Shown: positions 47,846 through 58,646, numbered from the stretch's first letter. The stretch is 64,000 bases of DNA from Synechococcus sp. (GCA_047284725.1 JBJBEO010000001.1:952203-1016202), one strand, 5' to 3'. Numbers and translations: made by a program. The notes: generated from the sequence alone by a model not told the origin.

Positions 47846-49507
47846 TCAGTCCTGAGGCGTGATCAGCAGCACCTTGTGACGGGCTCGGGTCAGTCCTGTG
47901 TAGGCCAGGCGGGGATCCTGATGACGTACTGGGGGGAGCAGCAGTGCTACCTCGGAGTACTGACTCCCCTGGGATTTATGCACCGTCAGGGCGAAGGCCG
48001 GCTCCGCGCCCGTCAGCTGTGCAGGGTGGAGCAGCCGTTGTCCTGGAAGCAAGACGCGGGTGTCATGAGCCCGCGTGACCACCACGCCGATGTCGCCATT
48101 GGCCAGCCCCTGGTCGGCTCGGTTGTGACGGTTGAGCACCGGAGTGCCTGAGGGCCAGTGCTGCACGGATCGTCGACTGTGATCTCCCAGGACAACGCGG
48201 TTGAGAGTCTCCACCCCCCAGGGGCCTTGTCGGACGGGGCTGAGGGCAACCCAGGCTTCGAGCTGTTCCAGCAGCGCGGCAGCATCGTCGGGGTGGGGTT
48301 GATCGCCGTGCCAGCGCAGGGCCGTGGCCAGAGCACTAAGGCGTGCTTGATGGGCCTGCAGATCGTTCAAAAGCAGCTTTGGCAGCTTCTGGGGTTTGGC
48401 CTCCAGCCATTGCACGTTGTCGTCGGGCTGCAGTCGACTGAGCTGCGCCTTGTTGAACCCTGAACTGCCCCCTGAGCTGCCTAGACGCAGTTGATGGGCC
48501 AGAGCTGCGATGGCACCGTTGTTGCGGTAAGTCGTCTGCAGTTCAACCGCCGCCGCTCCAAGCCGTTGGCGTCGCTGCGGTTGACTCAATTCCTGAAGCA
48601 CCGCCCCAGGGCCAACGGGGGGGAGCTGATCGGGATCACCCACCAGCAGCAACTGGGCCTGGTCTGGAAGGGCCTCGAGTAGGGCTTCCATCAAGGGAAG
48701 ATCCACCATGGAGACCTCATCCACCACGAGCAGATCAACCACCAGCGGCAGGCTGCGGTTGCGTCGGTAGCGGTTCTCCCCCTGGGCCTCCAGCAAGCGA
48801 TGCAGGGTGCTGCTCGGGAGGCTGCTCAGGTGTTGCGTGGCATCGGAATTCAGTGCCTGGCTTCCTGCGCTGACGGCCTGCTGCAGCCGTGCGGCGGCCT
48901 TGCCGGTCGGGGCAGCAAGCTGAATCCGGATCGCGGGATTGCAGGTCAGCGCCGCAGCCAGCATCTGCACCACCGTTGAGGTTTTGCCGGTGCCGGGCCC
49001 GCCGGTGAGCAGCACCAGGCGGTGTCGCAGCAGCGCGAGCACCGCCTGGGTCTGTTGCTCATCAAGACCCGCCTGCTTGGCTGCGGTCCGGGCGGCATTG
49101 CCTTGGTCGTCTGACAGGGCTCGTGGCAAGGCAGTGCTGCCGCGTTCGAGCAGCTGCTCGAGGCAGTGGTGCAGATGCCGATGCCAGCGCCGCCAGCGCA
49201 ACCAGTGGCCGTCCTGCACGATCGGAGCCTCCGGTGTCGCGTTGAGGACATCCGCGCTCACCAGCCAGCCGCACTCCTTCAGGGCGGTGATCACCTCATT
49301 GGGCCATGCCGTCGCCTCCAGCCCATCCGGTGCGGGCCCGTTGAGATCGAGCCCCAGCTCGCCCCGTTCGAGGGCGTCCGCGAGGGCCATCACAGCTGCT
49401 TCCCTGGTCGCTGTTGTCTCGGCCGTGGCCTCTCCCGTGGCGCCAGGGCGTTGCGGCACAAGGCGGGTCAGGCTTTCGGTCAGGGCCAGACCGAGGGCGC
49501 TGCTCAT
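47846..49507 (-). CDS. recD: Exodeoxyribonuclease V alpha subunit
   Basis: TGGPGTGKT, APTGKAAARL, VDEVSMVD, GDPDQLPPV, TVHKSQGS, YTGLTRAR; ATG 49507 overlaps the recB stop. Confidence 0.93.
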   Translation of the reverse strand: MSSALGLALTESLTRLVPQRPGATGEATAETTATREAAVMALADALERGELGLDLNGPAPDGLEATAWPNEVITALKECGWLVSADVLNATPEAPIVQDGHWLRWRRWHRHLHHCLEQLLERGSTALPRALSDDQGNAARTAAKQAGLDEQQTQAVLALLRHRLVLLTGGPGTGKTSTVVQMLAAALTCNPAIRIQLAAPTGKAAARLQQAVSAGSQALNSDATQHLSSLPSSTLHRLLEAQGENRYRRNRSLPLVVDLLVVDEVSMVDLPLMEALLEALPDQAQLLLVGDPDQLPPVGPGAVLQELSQPQRRQRLGAAAVELQTTYRNNGAIAALAHQLRLGSSGGSSGFNKAQLSRLQPDDNVQWLEAKPQKLPKLLLNDLQAHQARLSALATALRWHGDQPHPDDAAALLEQLEAWVALSPVRQGPWGVETLNRVVLGDHSRRSVQHWPSGTPVLNRHNRADQGLANGDIGVVVTRAHDTRVLLPGQRLLHPAQLTGAEPAFALTVHKSQGSQYSEVALLLPPVRHQDPRLAYTGLTRARHKVLLITPQD

Positions 49508-52500
49508 GGTTGTCCCTCCCGTAGCAACGCATCCAACGCCAAGACCCGCTCGAGGCTGGGTTGATCGACCAAAACACCAGGTGTTGGCGTTTCGTGCTTC
49601 TGGTGATCCTGCTCCAGGGCGCCAGGAACACCTCGGAGGAAGACGTAGGCATATCCCCCCAGGTGCTCTTCCGGCTTGTAGCCAGGCAGGCGCCAGTGGA
49701 GATAACGGTGCAGGGCAACCAGATAGAGGTGGGCCTGGAGCGGGTAATGGTTGCTCACCATCAGCTCCACCATGGCCTCCTGGGTGTAATTGGCGGGGCC
49801 GCATTGCTGCACCGTTCCCTGGCCATCCCGTTGCCCCAGCCAGTTGCTTTTCCAGTCAGCGACCCACCATTTCCCCTCCCAGCAGAAGACAAGGTCGATG
49901 GAGCCGGTGAGAAACCCTCGGCTGGCCACCTCCAAGAGGTTGAGCTGTTGGCCATAGTCCCCATCAAACAAACCTCCGGGATGGGCGATGAAGACGTTGG
50001 CCAGCCCACTGCTTCGCACCAGATGGTCCGGTTGCGTGTGGGCCAGTGGCAGGTCGAAATTCATCTCATTGAGCCATTTGCCGTTGTGCAGGTCACCCAG
50101 TCGGCAGGCGCCCAGCGCACCACCCATCGGCGTGTGCATCAGCTGGCACAAGCCCGTGATCAAGGTGTCGGTCCACTCAAGGCTCAGGCCAGCGCGGGGG
50201 AGTTCCTCGGCCACCACCACGCGGGCCTGGGCGTCATCTCCTGCGGCGAGGCTGCCGTAATCGATGCGCTCCAGGATGCGATGCAGGGCATCTCCAGGAC
50301 CCGCTCCACGAGGAAATTCGGCAAGAGGTCCGAGGCCGGGCCAGGACGTCTGCTTTTCGGGTAGGGGAGTTGTGCCGTCATCTGGGATCGATGCCGTCTG
50401 CTCCGCTCCCGGCTGCAAGTTGATGGCGTCGGTATCGCGTCCGTCTTCGCGCATCTCCGGCGGCACGGCGACTTGCGAGTGGGCCCAGGCTGAATAGCTC
50501 GCCCGTCCCCAGCGACTGTCGAGGGGCCGGGACGGTGTTGGACCAAGCGCAAGGGACCCCTGGGGGGGCTCTGGCTGCCAGGGTTGGAAGGTGTTGCCTA
50601 CCTGCGTCTCGCATCGATGCAGGGGCAGGTTGCGTTCCAGGCCGCCCTCCACCAGCCAGGGGCTCAGGGGGTTGGCTGGCTCAGCCAGATCCTCTCCAGG
50701 CCAGCCGAGCACCAGCAGGTGACAGGCGCGGGTACAGGCCACATAGGCCAGACGTTCGGCTTCAGCGGCCTGTGACCGTTGATCCTGCTGGGCTGCTTGC
50801 CGTCCCTGCCCCCAGTGGGGATTGAGGTGAAGATCCAGGTGGGGCTGAGCCTCAGGCGATGGCATCCAACGCCGTCCGAGTTGGCGGGCACCGGCCTTGA
50901 TCGCTTTGCTGCCTTTCCAGAGAAAGGGGCAGATCACCACGGGATATTCCAGCCCTTTGCTCCGGTGCACGGTCACCACGGCGATGGCGGATTCGGCCGC
51001 ATCGCTGCGGCACAAATGGGCCTCAGGGCTTTCGCCGTGGTCCTGGAGCCGCTGGCGCCTGAGCCAGTCGGCCGCCTGGAGTGCCCCCAGCCCCAGCTTG
51101 TGCATCTGTTCCTGCACCAGTTCAGCGGCCTGTTGCAGATCCGCCAGCGTTCGTCCTCGCAGAGAGAGGCGGGCTAATCCTTCGCTGCCCTGCAGTTGCG
51201 CCAGCACTGTGGTCAGTCCCTGGTGGGGTAAGCGCTCCGCCAGATTGCTCAGCGCAGCGGCGAGTTGATCCCAGTCCTGCGGCTGGGCGTTCTGGATGTC
51301 TGCTGCTGACCAGCCCAGCAGTGGTGATCCAGCCAGCAGACGCTGGCGACCGTTATGGCCTGGCAGCGCAAGAGCATCAAGAAAGCGTTGTAGAGCTGCG
51401 GCTCCAAGACTTTCAAACACATCGCCCTTGCTCACCAGACGACTGGGGAGATGGTGGCGTTCCAGGGCGGCCCTCAAAGCTTCCGCCTGGGAATGCTGGC
51501 TTACGAGCAGGCACAGATCCCCCGGTTCGAGAACGCGGCTTCCCTGCTCCGAGCGCAGCGGCCATTGCTCCTGCAGAAGCTGTTGGCAGAAGGTCGCCAC
51601 TTGGCTGTCGAGCTGATGGGGATCGAGGTTCAGCAGTTGGAGTGGTGATTGCCCATCCGGCAAGGCCAGTTCGCCTTTGTCGGCCATCGGCTCCACGGAA
51701 GGGACTGGCAGCTCGGAACGCCCCAGTCCTGGGCGCATCAGGGCGTTCAGGGCCTGAACCAGGGGCTCGCTCGAGCGGCGGTTCTCATAGAGCCCGTAGC
51801 AGTGCTTCGTCTTGCTCGCGGCTAGGCGATAGGTGGAGAGTTCGCCGCCGCGGAACCGATAGATCGCCTGTTTGGGGTCTCCCACCATCACCAGCAGGTG
51901 TTGGGGGGGATCCGCGGTGAAGGCCCGCTCCAGGATGCGCCATTGGATCGGATCGGTGTCCTGAAATTCATCGATCAGGGCCGCGCGGTAGCGCTGACCA
52001 ACGGCCTGGAGCAGCGGATTAATCGCACCGTCTCCAGTCCCTGGATCCAGTTGCTCGAGAAGTTGGCCGAAGCTCATCTGTCCGCTGCGCTCGCGGCGAC
52101 GCGTCAGCTCTTGGCGGCCCCAATGGCCGAAATGGAGCAGTACCGCTTCAGCGGGTCCATCCACCAGGTCTGCGATCGCTCTCAGCAGCTCCGCCTGAGG
52201 CAGCGACACCAGGTCGCCATGGGCTGCTGCCGCCACCTTGGTGAAGGGCCCGGGATGGAAATAGTTCTGCAGTTCGGCTTGGGTCAGAACAGCGTCGTAC
52301 CCGGGTGTGCGTCCCTTAAGGCTGGCGACCCAGCCCTGCACCTTCTGCAGTCGATCCGGTTTGGGTTTGAGGCGGTAGGGGCTGTAGGGCAACGCCAGGC
52401 TCTTGAGCTCGGCTGCGGCCGCGGCCAGGTCCTGTTCAAGAGCCTCTGCACTGCTGTCCCACAGCGTCAGAAATCGCTGCCATCGTCTGGGCCATGCATC

Positions 52501-53169
52501 CTCGAGCTGCGCAGCAAGCAGCAGATCAGCCTCCTGGCCTTCCGGCAGCGTATCCAGCTGGAGGGCGGGATCGCCATCCAGGCTGGCCAGCACCCTGAGC
52601 AGGCCATCGGGGTGGATGCCGCGCTGTTGAAGCCCGGCCAGCACTGGTGTCGACAGGGGCAGGACGTGCTGCTGCCAGTAGTCGTGCACCAGTTGTTCAC
52701 GACGTTCATGGCCTTGGCTTTCCAGGCTCACCGCAGGCCCCAGTCCGGCTTCGAGGGCTTGGCGTTGCAGGGTGCGTCTGCAGAAGCCATGGATCGTGGT
52801 GATGTCGGCATGATCGAGCCGTTCGAGAGCCAGCAGCAAGCGGCCTTCCATGGCACGATGCATGGACGGGCTCTGGGCTGTGATCCACTCCTGCAGCGGG
52901 CGATCCATGGCGTCAGCGTTTGCTCCTTGCAGCAGGGCCAGGGCCTGTTGCAGGCGGCGGGCGATGCGATCTCTCAGTTCTGCCGCAGCCGCTTCCGTGA
53001 AGGTGACCACCAGCAGTTGGTCCACCTGCAGCGGCCTCGGCCCTTCACTCAGGAGTCGCAGCACTAGATGGGCGAGCGCGAAGGTTTTGCCAGTGCCAGC
53101 GCTGGCCTCCAGGAGACGCAGTCCCGGCTCCAGTGGGAACTGGTTCGGTTCGAAGCGGGGGTGATTCAA
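49504..53169 (-). CDS. recB: Exodeoxyribonuclease V beta subunit
   Basis: EASAGTGKT, DEFQDTD, GDPKQAIYRFRG, TVHRSKGLE, nuclease GSIDL...DWKSN, YPLQAHLY. Confidence 0.95.
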   Translation of the reverse strand: MNHPRFEPNQFPLEPGLRLLEASAGTGKTFALAHLVLRLLSEGPRPLQVDQLLVVTFTEAAAAELRDRIARRLQQALALLQGANADAMDRPLQEWITAQSPSMHRAMEGRLLLALERLDHADITTIHGFCRRTLQRQALEAGLGPAVSLESQGHERREQLVHDYWQQHVLPLSTPVLAGLQQRGIHPDGLLRVLASLDGDPALQLDTLPEGQEADLLLAAQLEDAWPRRWQRFLTLWDSSAEALEQDLAAAAAELKSLALPYSPYRLKPKPDRLQKVQGWVASLKGRTPGYDAVLTQAELQNYFHPGPFTKVAAAAHGDLVSLPQAELLRAIADLVDGPAEAVLLHFGHWGRQELTRRRERSGQMSFGQLLEQLDPGTGDGAINPLLQAVGQRYRAALIDEFQDTDPIQWRILERAFTADPPQHLLVMVGDPKQAIYRFRGGELSTYRLAASKTKHCYGLYENRRSSEPLVQALNALMRPGLGRSELPVPSVEPMADKGELALPDGQSPLQLLNLDPHQLDSQVATFCQQLLQEQWPLRSEQGSRVLEPGDLCLLVSQHSQAEALRAALERHHLPSRLVSKGDVFESLGAAALQRFLDALALPGHNGRQRLLAGSPLLGWSAADIQNAQPQDWDQLAAALSNLAERLPHQGLTTVLAQLQGSEGLARLSLRGRTLADLQQAAELVQEQMHKLGLGALQAADWLRRQRLQDHGESPEAHLCRSDAAESAIAVVTVHRSKGLEYPVVICPFLWKGSKAIKAGARQLGRRWMPSPEAQPHLDLHLNPHWGQGRQAAQQDQRSQAAEAERLAYVACTRACHLLVLGWPGEDLAEPANPLSPWLVEGGLERNLPLHRCETQVGNTFQPWQPEPPQGSLALGPTPSRPLDSRWGRASYSAWAHSQVAVPPEMREDGRDTDAINLQPGAEQTASIPDDGTTPLPEKQTSWPGLGPLAEFPRGAGPGDALHRILERIDYGSLAAGDDAQARVVVAEELPRAGLSLEWTDTLITGLCQLMHTPMGGALGACRLGDLHNGKWLNEMNFDLPLAHTQPDHLVRSSGLANVFIAHPGGLFDGDYGQQLNLLEVASRGFLTGSIDLVFCWEGKWWVADWKSNWLGQRDGQGTVQQCGPANYTQEAMVELMVSNHYPLQAHLYLVALHRYLHWRLPGYKPEEHLGGYAYVFLRGVPGALEQDHQKHETPTPGVLVDQPSLERVLALDALLREGQP

Positions 53170-56100
53170 CCCTTCACCTCCTGCCGCCGTTCCAGCAGCG
53201 GTCCATGGAGCGTGAGCGCCAAGGCCTGGCTGTCATCAGTGAGCAGATCACCCAGGGGTAGATCGGAGCCGAAACAGAGTTGCTGAACGGCGTCGCGTCG
53301 CTCCCCTGCCAGCACGGCATTGCCTTCCCAGGCGTCGCGGGCTTTGCTCCACCCCTTCCCCTGGGCCTTCGCCTCTCCTGCGGCGAAGGCCCAGCCTGTT
53401 TCCGGAGGCAGGGGCCAGCACTGCTGCTGGTACTGATCGCGCCAGGCTTGGTGCTGATCCAGCAGAGCAGTGCACTGGTCGCGGCTGGGGGGGCTGATGC
53501 GCTCGAGCATCCGGAAGCGATGACCGTCGCGACCGACCAGCACAGCGGAGCGGAGCTTGCAGCCCGCGGCAGTGGCCAGGAGTAGCTCCAGCCACAGCTG
53601 CTGACGCTGTGGGCTGCGGGGCCGGGCCGTGTGTACCAGCACCAGTTGCTCATCTCGCAACAACAGCTCCGCCTGCCATGGACCCATGCTCACGGCTTCG
53701 CGTCGCTCCTCTCCCAGGCACGACAGGCAGTTGCTGAGGCTGGTCCAGCGTTGCTCCAGCTGGTGGGCTTCCAGTGCACCAGCTGAAAGAGGGGGGAGCT
53801 GTCCCTGCCCGCGGTCGAGAGCGAGCCAGTCGGGCTCGGCATGGTCCTCCCGGTCGCGGCCCAGTTCTCGCCGCAGCAGTGCTGACCGTTGTCGCTCATC
53901 GAGGCTGAGGTCCTCCAGGTCGAGCACAGCCTTGTCGTGTTCTCGTGGCCGCAGTCCCAGTTGTTCCAACCACTGCTTTTGGGGAGCTGTGACCCAGGAG
54001 ATCAGGTCACTCCAGGCGCTGAGGGGTGAGGCCTGAGCTTCCGGTTCGGTTGTTTGAGTGATGCTGAACGCCAGGCCAGCAGTTCCCCCGATGGTCCCTG
54101 CATCGAGGTGTTGCCTTACCTGCAGCAGACGTTGATCGCAACTGGCGGGGGGCCAGGCATCAGAGGGAAGAAAATTGCTGCGCTCCAGGGCATTGGCGGC
54201 ATGCTCACGCACCGGCACCTGGGGGAGCAGGTCGATCCACTGACGCACCGGCGTGGAGGCTTCCAGCTGTTCGCCGGTGCGTTCGTCACGGCAGCTCCAG
54301 CTGACCAGCAGGTGTTGGCGAGCGGAAAGCAGGGCCTCTAGCAGCACATACCGGTCCTGGTCTCCACTGCTGGGATCTCCCAGAAGGCGTTGCTGCTCCA
54401 TCAAGTGGAATCCGGGGCGTTGGCGTTGGCGCGGGAAGGCGCCCGCATCCAGTCCCATCAGCACAACCACCTTGTGGGGAATCGCCCGCATCGGTTCCAA
54501 GGCGCTGATGGTGAGGGCACCGGAGCGATGCCCAAAACGACCACTGCCTTCACTGAGGCGTTCTGCCAGCACCTCCCCCACCACCGGTGCAGAAAGCTGC
54601 AGACTGCTGGTCCCCGCGACGTCACCCCAGTCCGTCAGTACGGAATGGATGGTCTGCACTTCCCAGGCCCAGTCACCACCGTCACCGAACAGCGCCATCA
54701 GCTGTGGGCGCAGGCCTTCCACCCAGGCCTGAACCGAGCGGTTGTGGCTGAGCCACTGAAGGCTGCGCTGCAGTTGACGCAGCAGTCCCAGCCAACGTCC
54801 CTGTTGTTCCAGGCTCCCAGGCAGGGGCATGGGGGCCGTGTCACCAAGGGCCAGACCAGGTGTCTCCGGGAACACCACTCCGAGCACCAGTCGGTCGATG
54901 ACCCAAGCCAGGCTGTGGGTGGGATCGCCGCCTCGGTCATGGCTGTCGAGTCCCCAACGGAAGCCGGCCTGTTGAAGCATCTGGGTGATGCCTTCCGCAT
55001 CCTCGGGCTCCAGTTGATGGGCGCGCAGAAGCGGGGCATTCCCCAGCATTGTTTCCAGGGCGGAGGCCGTGAGTCGCTCTCCGCCAAGGGCCAGCAGTTG
55101 CAGGAACCCCTGGCTGATTCCGGCTTCATTCTGCTGACTGCGGTCTGTGAGACGCCAGGGGAGGCGTACGCCAGTGGCGTCGTGGTCACCAAACACCGCG
55201 CCCACTAAGGGAGCAAACGCTTCCACCTGGGGTGTCATCACCAGGATTTCGCGTGGTTCCAGGCTGTCGTCGTTGGCCAGCAGTTGGAGGATCTGGTCCC
55301 GGAGCACCTGTAACTGCCGCAACCGTCCAGGGCAGGCATGAAATTGGAGCGATTGATCGTTCGCTGTTCGTGTCAGGAGATCGGTCGCTGTTCCATGAAC
55401 CAGGTGTTCCTGGAGTTGCTCCAGCAGCGTGGGCTCCTTCCCTTGTGAACTGGCAGTGGTGGCAGGGAAGAAAAATGGATCCAGAGCCCGCCAGCTGCCG
55501 AGCTGGGTCTCGCCACTGCCCTCCAGGAGTTGCTGGAATTCAGCGCCGAGTCGTCCGAACCGCGCTTCAACGCTGGGGACGGTCAGAAGCCACTCCTCAT
55601 CAAGGGGCGCCTGAGATTCAAGGCTGCTCTGCCGCTGCCAGAGGTCTGGGCAGGGGGTCAGCAGATACAGCTCGATGCTGCGCAGACAGGAGAGGGCCTG
55701 AAGCAGTTCCACCTGCACCGGCGCCAGGCTGCTGAGGCCAAACAACCGCAGAGGTGGTTGGGGGGGAAGGTCTGGACGCCATCCCTGCTGCAACCGCCGA
55801 ATCAGTTGCCGGGCTCGCATGCCGAAGGGCAGGCAGCCGAGCCGGCTGTGCAGTTGCTGCATCAGTTGCGGCTGCCACAGCATCGTTGCGGCGAGGGGCG
55901 TTCCTCGGGCATCCGTGGTTTGTCCCGTCAGCCAGGCCTCGAGCATGGCGGGCCGGTAAAGGCTGTAATCGTCGATGGCATCTGCAATGGCGCGGGCCAG
56001 TTGCCATAACGGTGGGTCGAGCACTTCAAGCGTTGCGGTCTTGCGCGTGTTCAACCAGTGCTGCAACGGGGCACTGGTTGGATGGTCCAAAAGCTCTGGT

Positions 56101-56408
56101 AACAGCTCCAAGAGGGGCCAGACCAGGTTCTGTGCTCGCCACGGGTCGGCTCCTGTCCCTGAGCTCTGCTGTTCCAGAAGCCCATCCACCATCTGCCGCA
56201 GCAGGCTTGTCGGGAAGGGAAAGCGCAGATTGGCGGTGATGCCACAAGGGTTGGCAAGCGCCAGTTGCTCCCCCAGCCATCGACTTGTGGGCCAGGTGTT
56301 CACCACCACCTGGGCCTCGTCCAAGACACCAGGTGGATGAAGGCTGAGGTTGGCGGCTAATACATCCGCCAGAACTTCAGAACGGTTGCTGCGGTAGAGG
56401 GTCAGCAA
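53166..56408 (-). CDS. recC: Exodeoxyribonuclease V gamma subunit
   Basis: LYRSNRSEVL, QFHACPGRLRQLQVLRD, LEPMRAIPHKVV, DQDRYVLLEALLSAR. Confidence 0.93.
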   Translation of the reverse strand: MLTLYRSNRSEVLADVLAANLSLHPPGVLDEAQVVVNTWPTSRWLGEQLALANPCGITANLRFPFPTSLLRQMVDGLLEQQSSGTGADPWRAQNLVWPLLELLPELLDHPTSAPLQHWLNTRKTATLEVLDPPLWQLARAIADAIDDYSLYRPAMLEAWLTGQTTDARGTPLAATMLWQPQLMQQLHSRLGCLPFGMRARQLIRRLQQGWRPDLPPQPPLRLFGLSSLAPVQVELLQALSCLRSIELYLLTPCPDLWQRQSSLESQAPLDEEWLLTVPSVEARFGRLGAEFQQLLEGSGETQLGSWRALDPFFFPATTASSQGKEPTLLEQLQEHLVHGTATDLLTRTANDQSLQFHACPGRLRQLQVLRDQILQLLANDDSLEPREILVMTPQVEAFAPLVGAVFGDHDATGVRLPWRLTDRSQQNEAGISQGFLQLLALGGERLTASALETMLGNAPLLRAHQLEPEDAEGITQMLQQAGFRWGLDSHDRGGDPTHSLAWVIDRLVLGVVFPETPGLALGDTAPMPLPGSLEQQGRWLGLLRQLQRSLQWLSHNRSVQAWVEGLRPQLMALFGDGGDWAWEVQTIHSVLTDWGDVAGTSSLQLSAPVVGEVLAERLSEGSGRFGHRSGALTISALEPMRAIPHKVVVLMGLDAGAFPRQRQRPGFHLMEQQRLLGDPSSGDQDRYVLLEALLSARQHLLVSWSCRDERTGEQLEASTPVRQWIDLLPQVPVREHAANALERSNFLPSDAWPPASCDQRLLQVRQHLDAGTIGGTAGLAFSITQTTEPEAQASPLSAWSDLISWVTAPQKQWLEQLGLRPREHDKAVLDLEDLSLDERQRSALLRRELGRDREDHAEPDWLALDRGQGQLPPLSAGALEAHQLEQRWTSLSNCLSCLGEERREAVSMGPWQAELLLRDEQLVLVHTARPRSPQRQQLWLELLLATAAGCKLRSAVLVGRDGHRFRMLERISPPSRDQCTALLDQHQAWRDQYQQQCWPLPPETGWAFAAGEAKAQGKGWSKARDAWEGNAVLAGERRDAVQQLCFGSDLPLGDLLTDDSQALALTLHGPLLERRQEVKG

Positions 56409-57061
56409 GGTGCGCTGCTGATCAGTGCAGGCTCCACTGCTGGGGCATTCATGGTCGGTTGGGTGATTGTTTTGGCAACAACCTTTTTGGATGCAGCTTC
56501 AGTGGGGGCAGTGTTCTGCACCTGCACCACTGCATCGGTTTCTGGGCAGTAAGCCGTCAGGCGCCCTCCGTACACGGCCCCTGTGTCGATGATCACAATC
56601 TGTCCCTGGCGCCGCACGTCAACCGCTGGGGTGTGAGCCACCACCACCTTGCCGAAACGTCCGTCATACCCCTGCCAGAAGGGCTCGCGGATCTCGAGAT
56701 TGGGCTGCCCTTGCGCGTCGAAACCGGCATGGGTCGCGACCCATCCAACTCCCTCGAACACCAGCGGCAATCCCTTCAGTCGTTCCACCCATTGTTGGAC
56801 AGCCTCGGCATCGCCAGGCCACACGCTCCGCTGCAGATCCGCTTGACGGATCAACCGCTGTTCATGGTTCCCCTGCAGCCAGGTGGCTCGACCCGAACAG
56901 ACCATGCTCCAGACCGTTTCGATCGACGCACGCACCTGAGGCCCCCGACCGACCACATCACCACAAAAAACAAGATGATCAGCGGATGGAATCAGCCCGA
57001 GAAGAACGTCAAGGGCCTGATGACAGCCATGCACATCGCCAATTACCCAGTGATGAGTCAT
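56402..57061 (-). CDS. Metallophosphoesterase (PPP/ApaH-like)
   Basis: GDVHG, GDVVGRGP, GNHE, HAG, HTP, IDTGAVYGG.LTA. Confidence 0.88.
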   Translation of the reverse strand: MTHHWVIGDVHGCHQALDVLLGLIPSADHLVFCGDVVGRGPQVRASIETVWSMVCSGRATWLQGNHEQRLIRQADLQRSVWPGDAEAVQQWVERLKGLPLVFEGVGWVATHAGFDAQGQPNLEIREPFWQGYDGRFGKVVVAHTPAVDVRRQGQIVIIDTGAVYGGRLTAYCPETDAVVQVQNTAPTEAASKKVVAKTITQPTMNAPAVEPALISSAPC

Positions 57062-57139
57062 CGATTCAGCAGCACACTGGCTGAATTTGCTCAGGTTTCA
57101 TTGTCGTACAAAGCATGACCGGTCACTCCCGATGCCGGA

Positions 57140-57460
57140 TCAGAACAGGCCAAGGAATTTCTTCCGCTTCGGCTCTTCGTCGGCACGTTCAACGTTCTGC
57201 TGGTAGCGAGGTTTGCTGTCTCCGACAGTGAACAGGGGGTCGTTGTTTCTGAACCAGATCCAGTCTCGGATCGGGGGCGTTTCGATGAGATCCCGCCGCT
57301 TCAGGCTGAGACCAAGCTTTGCCGATGCTCCCAGAAGGATCTCCACCATTTCGTCTCCGTTACGGCAATTGGCGAGGGCCTCGTTGGTGCGCTTGGCACC
57401 ATCAAGAGCCTTCACCAGCAAGGCGATCTGCTGAGTCACCGGCAGTTGGTTGGGCTGCAT
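57140..57460 (-). CDS. Conserved hypothetical protein (weak Nif11-like)
   Basis: 106-aa ORF with natural composition; ends KKFLGLF. Confidence 0.7.
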   Translation of the reverse strand: MQPNQLPVTQQIALLVKALDGAKRTNEALANCRNGDEMVEILLGASAKLGLSLKRRDLIETPPIRDWIWFRNNDPLFTVGDSKPRYQQNVERADEEPKRKKFLGLF

Positions 57461-57582
57461 GCTTCCACTGGCGGATGAATCCTGTGTTAATCGATCGCAG
57501 AGCAGCTCAGCGGTCAGTCAAAGGGCGGTTGTTATCGAATGTTGCTGGAATGCCAGGCTGAGAGCAGCCTTGCAGACCCCGA

Positions 57583-57900
57583 TCAGGTTTCGGCAAGGGC
57601 GTCGCTGATGGTGCTGGTCGGGGCTTCAAACTGGCCTTCCAACACAAACTCCAGTCGCAGCTTCATGAAAGTGATGAAGGTGGAGTCGGTTGAGACGACC
57701 GCCGCAGACGGTTGGGGAATTTGTTTGGCCAGATTGGCCATTTCGGGTGCTTGGAGGAAGGCAGGACGTCGCACCAGCCAGAAGTCGATCTCCTTGCCCT
57801 CTTCGCCGTAGTGACGTCGGCGCTCCTTCAGCACTTCCTCCAGAGGCTCTTCCTCAGTGAGGAAGCGTTCGCTGGCGGCAACGAAGTGATAGGTGGTCAT
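57583..57900 (-). CDS. ycf54: Mg-protoporphyrin monomethyl ester cyclase accessory protein Ycf54
   Basis: YHFVAASERFLTEEEPLEEVLKER, DFWLV, FITFMKLRLEFV. Confidence 0.93.
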   Translation of the reverse strand: MTTYHFVAASERFLTEEEPLEEVLKERRRHYGEEGKEIDFWLVRRPAFLQAPEMANLAKQIPQPSAAVVSTDSTFITFMKLRLEFVLEGQFEAPTSTISDALAET

Positions 57901-58646
57901 CAGTTCTGACGTCCGAACAAGGGGTCCCGGCGTGGATTCTCTATCAGACGGCGCATCTCGCTCACCGCTTGTTGCAGTCCGACCGCCAGGGATCGAGCCA
58001 CGATCGTATGGCCGATGTTGAGTTCCTCCATCCCTTCGATGGCTGCCACGGGCTCCACGTTTTGATAGGTGAGGCCATGGCCTGCATTCACCCTGAGGCC
58101 CAAGGCGCGTGCTTGGGCTGTCGCCTCGGTGAGACGGGCGAGCTCAGCGGGTTGTTGTTCCCAGCCGCACTCGGCATAGGTGCCGGTGTGCAGTTCGACC
58201 CAGCGGGCCCCGCTGGCCTGACTGGCTTTGAGTTGGTCCGGATCAGGATCCACAAAGAGGCTGACGGGGATGCCGGCCGATTGGAGAGCCTGCACCATCA
58301 TCGTCAAGCTGGCCACTTGGCTTGCAACGTCCAAACCCCCTTCAGTGGTGACTTCTTCGCGTCGTTCGGGAACAAGGGTGACCATGTCGGGTTTGATCCG
58401 CAAGGCGATGGCCTGCATCTCCTCAGTCGCTGCCATCTCCAGGTTGAGCCGACTGCGGACGGTTTCCCTCAACAGCTCGACGTCGCGATCCTGAATGTGG
58501 CGACGGTCTTCGCGCAGATGCACCGTGATGCCATCCGCTCCGCCCAATTCCGCCAGGAGTGCCATGGGCACGGGGTCGGGCTCAACCGTTTTGCGCGCCT
58601 GCCGCACGTTGGCGATGTGGTCGATGTTGACGCCAAGGCTGGCCAC
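57900..58646 (-). CDS. pdxJ: Pyridoxine 5'-phosphate synthase
   Basis: [40 protein letters not shown]. Confidence 0.97.
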   Translation of the reverse strand: MASLGVNIDHIANVRQARKTVEPDPVPMALLAELGGADGITVHLREDRRHIQDRDVELLRETVRSRLNLEMAATEEMQAIALRIKPDMVTLVPERREEVTTEGGLDVASQVASLTMMVQALQSAGIPVSLFVDPDPDQLKASQASGARWVELHTGTYAECGWEQQPAELARLTEATAQARALGLRVNAGHGLTYQNVEPVAAIEGMEELNIGHTIVARSLAVGLQQAVSEMRRLIENPRRDPLFGRQN

